This document shows, in pieces, positions 27,800 to 41,880 of a DNA stretch of 64,000 nt. The stretch covers positions 124,682,001 to 124,746,000 of the forward strand of contig OX597815.1 in NCBI GenBank assembly GCA_951406725.2, read 5' to 3'. A program made the translations under genes and the position numbers. The DNA is from Octopus vulgaris. Taxonomy: Eukaryota. Under the pieces are notes generated by a model that worked only from the letters and a program-made list of their open reading frames with translations, did no database searches and was not told where the DNA came from. How positions within the stretch are numbered: position 1 is the first letter of the stretch; each line of letters opens with the position of its first letter.

Positions 27800-28002
27800 T
27801 CCTTTCACTCCTTATATAATGGTCTATACTAATTAATCCTCTGCCACCATTCTTTCTTTTCGTTTGCTTTATGGTGTAGCGCCCCATGCAGCCTCGTCCT
27901 TCTATCCAGTGTTGATATTTCCTCCTTAGTCCATTTGACCACCGCAACTCCGGTAATCAAACTTTTGGCATTCAGTTTCGATTTCAACACCATATTCACC
28001 CT
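27800..28002 (-). mobile_element. Dong/R4-like LINE fragment
   Basis: Minus strand: VLKSKLNAKSL..VVKWTKEEISTLDRRTR..LHGALHHKA..KRKNGGRGLISIDH. Nucleotide match to 39695-39757 (gaaaagaaagaatggtggcagagga...agtgaaagg). Confidence 0.75.
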
Positions 28003-28028
28003 TTATTATTATTATTATTATTATTATT

Positions 28029-28583
28029 GAGTGAGAGAGCAGTTCATGCCAGCAAAGTGACACTGGGGTAAAATATACGAAGCCCAATATACCCATCATG
28101 ACTACCCGTCTGATAAGGGTACACCAGGCACATGCATCACAACCATATGTGCGCGACATGGTGATCTCATATCAAGATAAACAGCACATGACCTTACAGG
28201 TGGGGCCCAGTTAGAAATTTCTTCAGGTTGAGTAGCCCATCCCGCTCAAAAGGTCCCTGAATATGGGTTGTTTAAGGATGTTGAAAGAACCACCCATGTT
28301 TCCAGAGGTGAATTATTCAAACCCCAAAGAATCCCTCTCAACACATGGCTACGATGCTCCCCCACTACTTCTGCTCGTGATCGGAGATGCACACATCGTC
28401 AGCCACTAAGGGACATGCTCAACTGGTTAAGGTCAAACAACTGACAAGCAAATCTGTGGTATTGAGCAGAATATTTGCTGTAGCCCATCTTTTATACCAA
28501 AACAAAACAATGTACATGATAATACTTCCAATCAGTTAAGATCAGAAGCTATGAGAGCCACTGCCTGGTACTGCATCAGGGCA
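28029..28583 (-). mobile_element. ~550-bp non-coding retroposon-like repeat with (AAT)n tail, copy A
   Basis: Reverse complement of 28715-29257; flanked by (TTA)n on both sides. Confidence 0.8.
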
Positions 28584-28712
<129 letters not shown>

Positions 28713-28714
28713 GA

Positions 28715-29257
28715 TGCCCCGATGCAGTACCAGACAGTGGCTCTCATGTCTTCTGACCTTAACTTATTGCAAGTGTTATCATGTACATTGTTTTGTCTTG
28801 GTATAAAAGATGGGCTACAGCAAATATTCTGCTCAATACCACATATTTGCTTGTCAGTTGTTTGACCTTAACCAGTTGAGTGGCTGACAATATGTGCATC
28901 TTTGATCACGAGCAGAAGTAGTGGGGGAGCATCATAGCCATGTGTTGAAAGGAATTCTTGGAGGTTTGGATAATTCACCTTTGGAAACATGGGTGGTCTG
29001 TTCAACATCCTTAAACAACTCTTATTCAGGGACCTTTTGAGCGGGATGAGTTACTCGACCAGAAGAAAATTCTAAGTGGGCCTTACCTGCAAAGTCATGC
29101 GGTGTTTATCTTGATATGAGATCACTATGTCGCGCACATATGGTTGTGATGCATGTGCCTTGTGTACCTTTATCAGACGGGTAGTCATGATGGGTATATT
29201 GGGCTTCGTATATTTTACCCCAGTGTCACTTTGCTGGCATGAACTGCTCTCTCACTC
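28715..29257 (+). mobile_element. ~540-bp non-coding retroposon-like repeat with (AAT)n tail, copy B
   Basis: tgccccgatgcagtaccag...gaactgctctctcactc(aat)n; inverted, diverged copy of A with a small deletion. Confidence 0.8.
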
Positions 29258-29325
<68 letters not shown>

Positions 29326-29351
29326 TAATAATAATAAGCTATTCATCTATT

Positions 29352-29775
29352 ATTCTTTTATTCTTTTATTCTTTTACTTGTTTAAGCCATGTGACTGCTG
29401 CCATGCTGGAGCGCCGCCTTTAGTCGAGCAAATCGACCCCTGGACTTATTCCTTGTGAGCCTAGTACTTATACTATCTTTTTGCCTCTTTTTGCTGAATC
29501 GCTAGATTCTGGGGACGTAAACACACCAGTATCGGTTGTCAAGCGATGGTGGAAGGACTAACACAAGCACACAAACATATACACACACATACATATATAT
29601 ATATATACATATATATACGACGGGCTTCTTTCAGTTTCCGTTTACCAAATCCACTCACAAGGCTTTGGTCGACCAGAGGCTATAGTAGGAGACAGTTGCC
29701 CAAGGTGCCACACAGTGGGACTAAATCCGGAATCATGTGGTTGGTAAGCAAGCTACTTACCACACAGCCACTCCT
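29352..29775 (-). mobile_element. SINE family A
   Basis: Reverse complement of the 7044/33054 element. Confidence 0.9.
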
Positions 29776-30645
29776 TTATTTTCTAATTTTAAAATTGACT
29801 TAATATTCAGCGTTATAGTTAATATTTTTCTACTTATACTTCTTTTGCACTCTTTAAAATTAAGTCTAATTTATGTAGGAGCTTATATTTAATTAAGTTC
29901 TTTATTTGCTATGGTTTATTTAATTCTAATTCTACATTTAATATTACATATCATGCAATTATTTGAAAAGTAACACGCCATGATCCACAAAAGCGCTGCC
30001 TTCTCTCCATTTTTCTGCATTCTTTACCGTTACTGCATTTGCCCCTGTTCTTCGAACTTAGTCGTTGTCGTGTTATTTCTGCTCAAAACCCACTTGAATA
30101 GCTTCTCTTCTTCTCTGGCGATCAGCATTATATTAACACTACGTTTTGACCCCGCGCTGAAAAAGTATGACCCGTCCTTATAACCAAGAACCCTAGTCTT
30201 GGCAATTAATTCCCTGCACGCACCTTTCTCTGCAGCCGCTGGTTTGTGGCTGTTACATAAATGTGATTTTAATCTCTTCGAGCTGACCAATCACATAGGA
30301 TCTGAGACGGTAAATATCCCCTCTCTCAAAAAAGAAGAAAATTTAGAAAAATGACTTACATAATATTTATAAAGAAAAGAGAGAAATTCATTGGTCCAGT
30401 CCAAATGAAATAACACATTTCGCCGACAACATGAGTGGATGGTGTCTGGGATAAATACTAACTACATACAAAATTAATGATAAAAAGTTCACGTCAAAGG
30501 AATAATCATAACAGACATTAACCTGGTGTAGAGGACGTGTGTGTGTTTCGTGTGCGTGTGTGAGTGTGCGTGTGTGCGTGCGTGTGTGTGTGTTTTGTGC
30601 GCGCGCGTGTTTTTCTGTGTGTGTGTATGTGTGTGCATGATGCAT

Positions 30646-31826
30646 TACAGAAGGTTTTAGACATTTTCAAGAGAAACATTTATTTATTTGAAAGAAATAT
30701 AAAACTCTAATTTCCTTCGAAGTAGGATCATCTGTTGTAGCGCCCCAGCTACTTCATGAAGCTTCCGCGGAAGTCCTTCAAAGTGAAGGTGTCCAAGGCC
30801 CTTGTTACAGCTTCTTCCATTTCTTCTATGTCTGCAAAACGACTGTCGTTGATATTTTCCTTCAGCTTCGGGAACAACAAAAAGTTACATTGAGCGAAGC
30901 CCGAACTTTGGGGAGAGTAAATGTAAGTTTTGCTGCTCTTCTCTCTCAAATGGAAGTTTACCAAGAGGAATTGTAGGCCAGTGAATTGTCCTAGTGCAGG
31001 TTCCACCAACACAAATTGAAGAGCTCTGACATTTTGCGACGGAATTTCTTCCTGAACTCCTTCAAAACCACTAGAACATTTTTCTTAATCGTCTGACTAG
31101 AGGGAGTCCAATGAATGTAGATGATGCCTTTCCTGTCTAAAAAGGGGATCATTATGAATTTCCCGGTAGACTTGCTTTGGCTTAACTTCTAGAGTCTAGG
31201 AAAGCCAGGATACTTCCATTGGGCACTTTGGTCTTTGGATCATAATGTTATCCAACGCGTCGTATCTTCTGTTTCTTCCTTGAGCATCCTGGAAGCATAC
31301 GTTGCACAAAATTTGTGAAAGTTCAGGTCTTCATTAATAATTCCGTGTTCAGTTGCAACACCATCTTCAAACTGTATCGCTGTTCTTTAGGTAAACGATG
31401 GTATTCATCTAGACATTTTCTCAACCAGCTCTGATGTTCTAATATTTTTCTCCCTCTCAAGTCACTCATCTTTTTTAACTCCTCTCTGTCGTCCTTAAAC
31501 CTTTTAAGCCAGCGAAAATCAGATGCTCAGCTCATACAAGCTAATCCGCACGCAGTCAGGAGCATTTAATAAGTTTCTATAGCGTTTTTGCTCAGTTTAA
31601 CATAAAACTTTATTGCACAGCGAACCCCCAGGCTGACTTCACGTCAAGACTGTAATTTGGAAACTAGTGAGCTATGGCAACCAGTGTCCAGTAAGGTGTG
31701 TTCAAAGTACTGTTACAGCCGTTTCCTTCAATCTAGAAGAAAGAAATTTGACAGGCCAGCTTATTGTATATATAGTAATGATATACTAAAATTACAGTAA
31801 TCTACAACAGTTGTAACTACCTCTCC
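30646..31826 (-). mobile_element. Old mariner-family transposon
   Basis: Minus-strand remnants CAIKFYVKLSKNAIETY, FRWLKRFKD and YSPQSSGFAQCNFLLFPKLKENINDSRFADIEEMEEAVTRAL. Ends approximate. Confidence 0.8.
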
Positions 31827-31895
31827 TAAAAACGTCTAGAATGTACATCGTTTCCCACATACACACATGTATTTACGACTAAATGTGTGTAGATA

Positions 31896-31926
<31 letters not shown>

Positions 31927-32068
31927 TAGTGTTATGTCCTGCGCCGTGTGGCAAGGCTTCTCCAATGTGGTCGGTCGACTGCGGCGATTGAAACTTCATG
32001 CCATGAAATTTCAATGACTTTGAGGTCTCTCTCTTTGTATATATAAAAATTATTATATAATTATATAT

Positions 32069-32261
32069 ATAATTATAACAAGTGGTCTGCTATGTGCCTC
32101 GCCACGTACTGAATTAGAAATAGACGCTAATGTCTTTTTAGTACCATAAAAATCTCCGAGAAAATATTTATTGAAGATTTTTATGGTAGTAAAAAATACA
32201 TTAGCCTCTATTTCTAATTCAGTACGTGGCGAGAACGTTGCTGATCACTTGTTATAATTAT
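32069..32261. repeat. Imperfect ~190-bp palindrome (arms ~87 bp, loop ~19 nt)
   Basis: ctcgccacgtactgaattagaaataga...accataaaaatct / agatttttatggt...tctatttctaattcagtacgtggcgag. Confidence 0.9.
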
Positions 32262-32378
32262 AGAATAATTTGTAAAATTTACCTAAAAGGTTTTCATTTA
32301 CGTACTGGTTAATTGGCAAAATTATTACACACACACACACGTACATAGATACGTACATATATATGTATATATACATAC

Positions 32379-32465
<87 letters not shown>

Positions 32466-32544
32466 AATTCGCCTTAAATGGTCCCTTTGCATACTGAACA
32501 CTTGGTGAAATTGATTAATAATTAATTAATTTTACCCTCAATTG

Positions 32545-32619
<75 letters not shown>

Positions 32620-32704
32620 TGCAGCGTGGGAGGTGTTTATAAGCCATTTAAGAAACACACAAAAGCCGTTCGATTCACTCCAACATTTAAGTTTAATTTG
32701 TCAA

Positions 32705-33040
<336 letters not shown>

Positions 33041-33053
33041 ATATATATATATA

Positions 33054-33452
33054 GGCGCAGGAGTGGCTGTGTGGTAAGTAGCTTGTTTACCAACCACATG
33101 GTTCCGGGTTCAGTCCCACTGCGTGGCACCTTGGGCAAGTGTCTTCTACTATAGCCTCGGGCCGACCAAAGCCTTGTGAGTGGATTTGGTAGACGGAAAC
33201 TGAAAGAAGCCCGTCGTATATATGTATATATATCTATAAGTGTCTGTGTTTGTCCCCCTAGCATTGTTTGACAATCGATGCTGGTGTGTTTGTGTCCCCG
33301 TTACTTAGCGGTTCGGCAAAAGAGACCGATAGAATAAGTACTGGACTTACAAAAGAATAAGTCCCGGGGTCGAGTTGCTCGATTAAAGGCGGTGCTCCAG
33401 CATGGCCGCAGTCAAATGAATGAAACAAGTAAAAGAGTAAAAAGTAAAGAGA
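33054..33452 (+). mobile_element. SINE family A (young copy)
   Basis: ggcgcaggagtggctgtgtggtaag...gaaacaagtaaaagag, inserted in (TA)n. Confidence 0.92.
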
Positions 33453-33996
33453 ATATATATATATGAATATGCCATGTGTGTGGCTTGATATTATGACGTA
33501 ATAAGTAGATAGTTAAGATACTTAAAACAAACAGTGACTGGAAACCAACATAGAATTTCAACAAAATTCAGCCAAACAAATTACATATTTAATTTTTACT
33601 TTAAATGTAAGGAAAGAAGAAAATATAACAAAAAAGAAAAATCTTGTATAATTGTCAGTTCCTAACCTGGTTTCGTAAGTCGCTTGCTATTGAAGTGTAG
33701 AATTTCTTACACACAGTTCGTCCGAAAGAACTTAAGGATAACCTGCTTCTATACGCTGGCCTAGAAACACTGGTAATATTAAACCCGCCATCATCACCAT
33801 ATTTCCTTCTTCTCTTACAGCAGTAGCAAAGACGACTACAAGATCAAGAACGACGACGACAAGAACAACAGCAACAAAAACAACTAATATTATTACTACT
33901 ATTACTTCTACTACCTCAACAGTTGCTACTAACGCTATTCCGGTCAATGAAACCACCACTACCTCAACCGAAACTATAATCAGTATCATCGCACTA

Positions 33997-34114
<118 letters not shown>

Positions 34115-37100
34115 CGTTTCTTTATTGATCACAAGGGCTGAACACAAATACATAGAGGGACAATACAAAATAAGGGACAAGTGGGGTTTAAAACAGAAAA
34201 CATGTAAACAAAAGAAAACAAATACAGTTAACAAAAATCTAACAAGAAAATTTCCAAATGGAGGGCGGGAGTTTCACCCAGGGCCAATCAGGGCACCCCG
34301 CACATCCTGGTTACTCCGATTGCCAAGGGCACGCCAGAAAGGTACCCATCTTCCCCTCAACTGCTCCGCTTTATAGACCCATTCGTAACATTCATCCACC
34401 TTTCAATACAATTACCGGTGGGCAGTAATTCCCTCTCTAACCTCACTTTCCTTTTCAAGAGAAACATGAAAAAATTGGTGAGGGTTCGGTTGAAGAGGAA
34501 AGTGTCTGCCTTCAGTCCTTTCAGTCTCGTCCACCTCACTACTTCTTTCGCTATTGCCACCAAGCAGAGGAAGGGTGTCTTCACCCCCCCCCCCCGGCCA
34601 AAAAAAAGGCAGCAGGGTGATCCTCACAGTCCTATACGTGACAACAGCTGTTCGTCAAAGCACCACAAGTCAGTAATGCACGGATACTGGACGAGTGCAT
34701 GCAGGACGGTTTCATTGCCCTGCGCACACATCGGGCAGCACTTCCGTGTCTGTAGAGCTTGTCTCGAACCGGAAGTTATCAACAGGCCCTGGCCCGAAAG
34801 CCCACTGGAAAAGACCAGTTGGGTGATCCCTCCAGGCTCCAGAGTTCCCCCGAGTACGCCGTCGCTCTTTCCCTCCGCTAATCCCCTATAGGACTCCATA
34901 ATGGAATTTCCACCTGCCGCGTTGCCCGACTGGCAGAAACTTGTGAGCGTTTGCCGACACTCTAGGTGCCAAGCGCCCTTTCTTGTCTATGTTTGACCCA
35001 GGACTGTAGCCCGATCAATGAGACGTGCTGCAGAAAGTCCCGTTTGACGAACGGCGACCACATTTAATCACCGTTAAGGAAACGCTGGAGATGTCGCAGC
35101 CTCAGCGCATGTCTGCGCATCATTAGCCACAGCAAGTCCTGTCCTTCACTTAGCGGCTGTTGAAAACAGGTGGAGCAACCGACGAGCGGAACACGTCCCT
35201 TCCATAGAAAGTGGGCGAGCAAGCGCTCCAACTTCATCAGGCACGAATTAGGGTAAGGGATGACAGTCAGGCGGTAATAGGTGATGGAAGCGATGTATGC
35301 ATTCGACACCTCCACCTGACATTTCAGGGACACCTTCTCTGCCCATTTCTGGATGAGATTGGCTACCCTACTCGTCACCTCCCCCGAGTTCTTGTCTACC
35401 TGAAGGTCTGGACCAAACCAGACCCCGAGCAATTTAACCGATCCTTCCATCCAGTGCCCTAGAACGCTGTTGGTTAGCATGGACCTGTCTCTCCAGGTGC
35501 CGAGTTACAGGCCCCATGACTCGTCCTGGTTGATCTTTGCTCCTGTCACCGCTTCTTACTCCCTTTGAGCAGTTTCGACTACCTCGATTTCCGAGATGAC
35601 CGACACTATTACGGTGACATCGTCCGCGTAAGCCGACACGAAACTACCGGGATACCTCTCGAAACATCGAGCTTCCGCAGCAATGCCTCGCGAGCCAGTA
35701 CGTACAGAAGATGCGAGAGTGAGAACCCTTGACGGACCGAACGAACGATGCTAAACGATTCCGATAGGTGGCCATTTACTTTGACCATCGAAGAGGTATC
35801 GCTGTACATTGCAGCGATCCAGCCTCTGAAGACGGGACCGAAACCTGCTGCCGCAAGAACGACATCCAAGTATTGATGGTCGACCCTAGCAAAAGGTCTC
35901 GATTGATCCGAATTGATCAGAGCCCCACTCATGCCATTCTCTTTACCCATCTTCCCTGCGATGTAGTACGTGAAGTGGAGGTTGTCGTGGATAGTTTTGT
36001 TTGGGGTAACGTATGTCTGCGAGTCACCAACCAATATCTCGACAAGCGCCATCCTCTTGCTAACATCTTATAATCTGCATTCAGAATTTCGGTCCTAAAA
36101 TTATCAATTTTGTCCCCCTCAACAGCACCACCACTCTACGGCCCCCAGCGCTGGGAATTTTCCCGTTCTGCTGCTTGTTGTGGTAGACGTTTGCCAAGAG
36201 ACTACCGAACAAGTCTGGCATATGAAAATAAAGTTTGAAGGGCAGACCATCCCGCCCAGAAACTTCTCTCTTGGACAGCTCATCATCGTGTCCCGTATAT
36301 CTTCGGTTGTTATTGGCATTTCGCAGAACACCGCATCACTGGCTGAGAGGCGCGGTATGCCACTAGTTAAAAGGTGAAATCCATCACTGTCCGAGTACTA
36401 CCGCATGCCTCATACAATTCGGGGAAGTGCCGCTGAAATTCCGAACACATCTGCTTGGATTTGGTTATCATGCACTCATCACAGCTCACCAAAATCCGAA
36501 TTATTGCTTTGTTTCCACGTAGCACGTTCGCCACCCGGGCCCATTGAACGGCTTTCGTTCCCTCCCGTCTCAGTGCACGCGCCTTAGCTCTGACTATGCA
36601 ACCTCCGTACTTCGCATTGAAAAGTTGAGCAAGAACCAATATCGCGGCTAGTACGTCGGTCGCTATGCCTTTCCTAAGTGCCTCTTCTAACATCCTAACT
36701 AGGTACCCTTCTTCCCTAGATCCCTCTAACGCTATTTCCTTACTAAAACCTACCGCCTCTACTCTAATAGCCCTTTCCAGGGCTAACCACCATCCGTTGT
36801 TGACGATTGCACCCGCCAAATTGCGATGGACTAACTTGCTAACTCGGTCTCTGAAAGCTTGGCGCGCCGGGAAGGACACGTTCAGCTTTCAGTATCCGGG
36901 ACCTTGTCGATGGATCCTATCTATGTCGACTATACAGATCACAAATGTATGGTCCATGCAGCCGAAGACTTTGAAACCTGGACAATTTAAACAACTTCTA
37001 TCTACAAGCCTACAAAATACGATCTGAAAACCCGATGAGGTTTGCCCATATTTATATTGGCGATTTCGCGAGATCCAGTCAGTACATGTCAGCCAACTGG

Positions 37101-39465
37101 ATCGTGAGGCTTTTACTCTTCTCTGTCCTATCAGTTTCCAGGTGCGCGTCCAAAATGGCGTTCCAGTCACCCACTAGCATTAAAGAGAGTTACATCCCAA
37201 GGAAAATTTCCGAACGTCTGAAGAAATCTAGCTGACTCGCCCTCGTGGTGGAGTAATCAGCGACTGGTCTAAAGGCACTAGCTTCACTGTCGTTCACGCC
37301 TAGGACCACGATTTTACCCTCCGGATCCGGGAAGATCGTCCAAACTTCGAGATCCAGGCCTTTCCTAAACAGCTCTCCCATTCCGGGCCGATTGAAAGAT
37401 TCATAGATTTCATAATCGTCGAAAATGGATGCAAGATCACGTGTGTCGGAAATCCTAGTCTCACTGACTCCTATCACATCCAAATTTAGCAACCTGAGGT
37501 AATTGAGCAAGCGACCTTGCTTCCAGGATGACCCCAGGTGACGATTATTTGTGCAGCCTACTCTGACAATCGCCACCACGGCTCGAAATGATTGAGAAAA
37601 AGAAAAAAAGAGCGGGGTTACTGACCCTCCTGGAGCTGTTGGAAAGTCGGTCGGATTTGGCCGTGGTTCCTTTGGGAAACCGGCTAAAAGCCTCTGCGTG
37701 GCACTGACGTTTGGCCTTCTTTTGGGGGTTACGTATGGTTGTGAGTGCTTTGGTGTATTTGGTTTAGGTAGAGATGGTTGTGGGGATGGTGGTACTGGTG
37801 TTGTTTTCACTGTGTCTATGTTCTATGTGCTGGGGGCTTGCTATGTTTTCAGGTGTTGGTGTAGAGTCATCTGTTTTCTTTTTCCTTTGTCTTTTAGGAC
37901 TTTTTGGCTTTGTAAGGTTCTTCCTCGTCTTCACTACGGGATGAGGAAGGACTAGTGCTTGTAGGATCTGTCTAGGGGAGTGTGAGTGTGTCTGTGATAG
38001 TGTGTGCGTGTTTCTCTGAGTGTATGCTTGAAAGAGGGGGTGAGGGGGCTAGTTTGACAGATATTCTGGGAGGCACATCTATGGGGTTCATGTGCCTCTA
38101 TTGTTGTTGATGAAGTTACAGTTTTGTTAAACGGTCTCTGTTGTTGTTGCTGTTGTTGGCGATGCGATGTAGGCTGTAGGTGTGGCAGCGCACCTCCCTA
38201 CTTTTGTGGGCAGAAGGCTCTCAGGCGCCTTGTGGCCTTAAAGATGTCGCATCTGGGCTTCTTGCCTTCAATACCGACACGCAGTTCCACCCCGTTGGGC
38301 AGTTGGATCAGGTCCTGGATCTTATCGATATTTCTGGTTTTACATATTTTAATATTTCCAAGTTGATCCCGAATCAGTTTTCCCTGCTGCTCCTTTTAAC
38401 CTACAGAAGTGACACTGGGTCTTGTACCACACGGGCGACAATCCACTAGACGTTTGCACCCGGCGGCACACCCGTAATCCAAATGCTGGTCGTTCTCTTT
38501 GAGGCAGGTGCGATACAGGACCCACTCCTCAGTCCACGAACGTGGCATTGCGTGTCTTCGCGCGAGGTTCTAACTTTTAAAGAGAACCTCTATGTTGGCA
38601 AACTGCCCCCCTCTCTGCAAATGGGCCACACCTATTAAAATTTCTTTTAGGGCCGTCTCAGTATGACTGATGGAGGCTATTTCCGTTCTTCTACTTTTGT
38701 GTGATACGCATCTAAAATAATCTGTCTTCTTTTCTTTTGCCTCTATTACTCCACTTAAATTTGATAATGTCTTTCGCTTTTGAGAGTTCACGTGTTCTCT
38801 CATTGGGTGCGATGGTAAACATTTCTCTGTCTCTTTCTCTCTTTTTTGTTGCCGTTGTCATCATCGTTGCTATTGTTGATGTTGTTGTTGCTTCTGTTGC
38901 TGATGATATTGGTTTTGGCTGGTAGAGTTGTAGCCACTCCCATTGTGGCCACTCTCACCACTGCTGTTACCGATATTTCCTTCCACTCCGCTTTCAGTTG
39001 TAGCATTATTTTTTCCGTTAAAATCGTAGCATCGCTAACAAAACTGCTGTCTTTGCTACTGCTGTCACTGCTGCTGCTGCCGATGCTGATGCTATTGCTG
39101 TTTTTTTTTGTGTGTTGTTGCTGCTACCACTACTCCTACAGCTGCGGCAGCTGCTGTCACTGTCATTGCTACCAGTGTTGTTGTCGATGTTGCCACTACT
39201 GCTACTGCGATGTGGACTTTGTACTTTTTCTCCTCTTTTCCAGTATTGTGTTGTCAGTAAAAGAAGCAATGGAAGGGAATTCTTCAGCAGTCAATAGACC
39301 TGCGGGACGGGCAGTTCTCATTCTTAACTCTTTCAAGATGAGCTCCGCCATCTTGCTGAATTATATATGATTAAACGCCCATCGAACTTATTTTAGGGTG
39401 GGAAAATAGCCCCGCGAAGGGGCCAAACAAACACAGACTCAGCGACAGGTTCCTGGTGTTTCTAT
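34115..39465 (-). mobile_element. Near full-length Tx1-like (L1 clade) LINE with ORF1 and ORF2 pseudogenised
   Basis: ORF1 starts at aagATGgcgg (39351; MAELILKELRMR), is low-complexity and has a degenerate Zn-knuckle (IEGKKPRCDIF...FCP). ORF2 has an APE endonuclease (LDVIGVSETRI, DPEGKIVVL, GPGY), RT (DQSRPFARVDH, SVRQGFSLS, AYADD, VKLLGVWFG) and a C-terminal CPMC...ETVLHAL. 3' UTR ends aataaagaaac(att)n. Confidence 0.9.
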
Positions 39466-39576
39466 TAAGAACTTGGGAAAAAAATGTAAACCGAAAATTG
39501 GCCCCAAATAGGTGTAAACAAATGTTTTAAACAGGACTTACTTAGAGAGTTCGGAAACACGTCCGCAGCAAATGTA

Positions 39577-39618
39577 ATGATAATAATGATAATGATGATG
39601 ATGATGATAATAATAATG

Positions 39619-39679
<61 letters not shown>

Positions 39680-39680
39680 C
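39577..39680. repeat. (TAA/TGA)n microsatellite
   Basis: Directly visible. Confidence 0.95.
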
Positions 39681-39681
39681 A

Positions 39682-40440
39682 ATAACAGACTGTATGAAAA
39701 GAAAGAATGGTGGCAGAGGATAATTAGTATAGATCATTGTATAGAGAGTGAAAGGAGAACGTTTACCGAGTATTTGATAAAAAGTGATGAAGACCTGCTA
39801 CAATATGCCGCGAATGATGTGGGTGTAAATGCAGATGAAATGATGGGCAACACAGAGTTTAACCAAAGAACTGAAAAGAAGAGAAAAGAAGACCTTGAAA
39901 TGAGAATGCATGGACAGTTTGAAAGGAATACACAATACGTTAAGGATAAAAGAGCATCGTGGGTATGGCTTAAGCGAGGTGATTGGAAGCATACCACCGA
40001 AAGCCTGATTATTAATGCACAGGACCAGGCTCTCGCTACCAATTCATTGAAGTATAACGTCTATAAAACTTCTGACATCCAGAAAGGCAGACTCTGTGGA
40101 AAGAGTGTGGAAAATGTGACCCACTTAGTGAGTAGATGTGAGATCCTTGCACAAAAAGAATACAAACGCCGCCACGATGAAGTGTGTGTCTTCATTGGCT
40201 CCTATGCCATAAATACCAATATGAAGTAATAGAGAACTAGTATGAGCATGTATCAAATAAGGTTATGCAGAAGGGTGGTAAAGTAACGATACTCTCGGAC
40301 TGCGATTTTCAGACAAATCATGTAATCGAACACCGTCGGCTGGATATTGTCATATTGAATAAGGAAGACAAATACTGTCAGATCATTGATGTAGCCATAC
40401 CAAATGACACGAATGTTGTAAGTAAAGAGGTTGAAAACCT
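39682..40440 (+). mobile_element. Dong/R4-like LINE 3' fragment (post-RT, CCHC, start of RLE)
   Basis: KRKNGGRG, MHGQFER, SWVWLKRG..TESLIINAQDQALATN, RLCGKSVENVTHLVSRCEILAQKEYKRRHD, HRRLDIVIL...IIDVAIP. Confidence 0.9.
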
Positions 40441-40521
40441 GGCAAAGTCGACCTCGGTGGAACTTGAAACCAGAGCGTAGCAACGGGAGAAAGCGTTTCG
40501 TCTGGTGCGCTAACGATTCTT
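40441..40521 (-). mobile_element. SINE family B head fragment
   Basis: ggcaaagtcgacctcggtggaacttgaa...aagcgtttcgtctggtgcgctaacgattc matches 15545-15630. Confidence 0.75.
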
Positions 40522-41880
40522 TTATTTGCCGCCAGGGTGAAGTATGAGGGGACAATACAAAGACAGACATAAAGTGTTGGATTTTATATTTAATAGAATG
40601 ATAAAAAAAGAAGAATTATATACAGTACACATTAAAAAAGGTGAAGTAGCAATAAGGAAAAAAAATTGTGATGATGGTCGAGTGGGGCTTCTGATACAAA
40701 AGGACCACTAGGGATGATCGAGGAACCCCACCATGAATACCATGGACAAATACCTTTTGCGGCTCCTTTCCTCCAACTCACAGTTCAAGACTGAGAGTGG
40801 TACCATCCATTCTTGTCATTTTCGCAACTTTCACCCACCTTTTCATAAGTTCACTCGAGGAGAGCACCTCTCTCTCCTCCTTCACTTTCCTTTTCAAGTG
40901 AAAAAGTCGACGAGGGCTTTACCAAAGAGGTATGCAGAACGGTTTCGTCGCTCCGTACGCACCTCGGACAATGCCGTCTGACTACACACCCGTGTCTGTA
41001 GAGTTTATTTCGAACCGGTAGCGCCCCCCGCCCCGGTAGCACTGCCAAGCTAAAGACATCTGGAAATTATCTGTAATAGTCCCCGACCGGAAGTCCTCCG
41101 AAACAGACTAGTCAGTTCATCCTTGTCAATGCCCAGAGTCTCCCCAAGGATGTCGTCGCATTTTCTCGACACTAATTCTCTATAAATAGTGAAAGCCGAA
41201 AATATACCGCTACTATAGCCCGACTGGTATCGGACAGTGAGCGCCTGACGACATTCTAAGTGCCAGGCGCCCAGTCTTGGTCTATCCTTTATCTAGGACT
41301 GCAGCTCTTGTCAAAGAGACGAGTTGCAGAAATTCGTGCGTCACAAACGGAGCCCGCACACGTTCACCTCCTAGAAATTGTTGCAAGTGGCGCAACTTGA
41401 ACGCATGTCTGCGCATCAAAAGCCACTGCATGCCTAAGCCGCCATTTAGAGGGAACTGACAGCAGATTGACCGCTTGACCATTGGAACGCGCCCCTTCCA
41501 CAAGAACATGAACAAGTGACGCTCCAAATTGATCATGCAGTCACTGGGGAAGGTACACCGGTCAGACGTTAAATGATAGCGGAGGCGATGTAGGCATTCG
41601 CCACCTCTGCCCGACCTTTCAAGGACTGCTTTTTCTCAGCCCATTTCTAGGTAAGCCTGGCCACCCTGTTCGCCACCTCATCCCAGTTCTTATCCACCTA
41701 GGGGTCAGGACCAAACCAGACCTCGAGCAGTTTAAGTGATCCGTCAGTCCAACGTCTGACGACGCCGTCTGGTGGCATCGCCCTGCCTCTCCATGTGCCC
41801 AGTCGCAAGCCCACCGACTTCTCAGCATTGATTTTAGCCCCTGCAACCGACGCATGTTCTAGAATGGAGCCGACCGTCTC
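40520..41880 (-). mobile_element. 5'-truncated Tx1-like LINE
   Basis: LERHLFMFLWKGRVPMVKRSICCQFPLNGGLGMQWLLMRRHA and CPRCVRSDETV; homologous to 34115-35480. Confidence 0.88.

Noticed and set aside
35819-35852. CTGAAGA-cgggacc-GAAAC hammerhead-like string
   Set aside because: It is the antisense of Tx1 RT coding sequence (GFGPVFRG); helix II is only 2 bp and no helix I or III can form
38846-39370. Hydrophobic 174-aa ORF resembling a membrane protein
   Set aside because: It is the antisense reading of the low-complexity Tx1 ORF1
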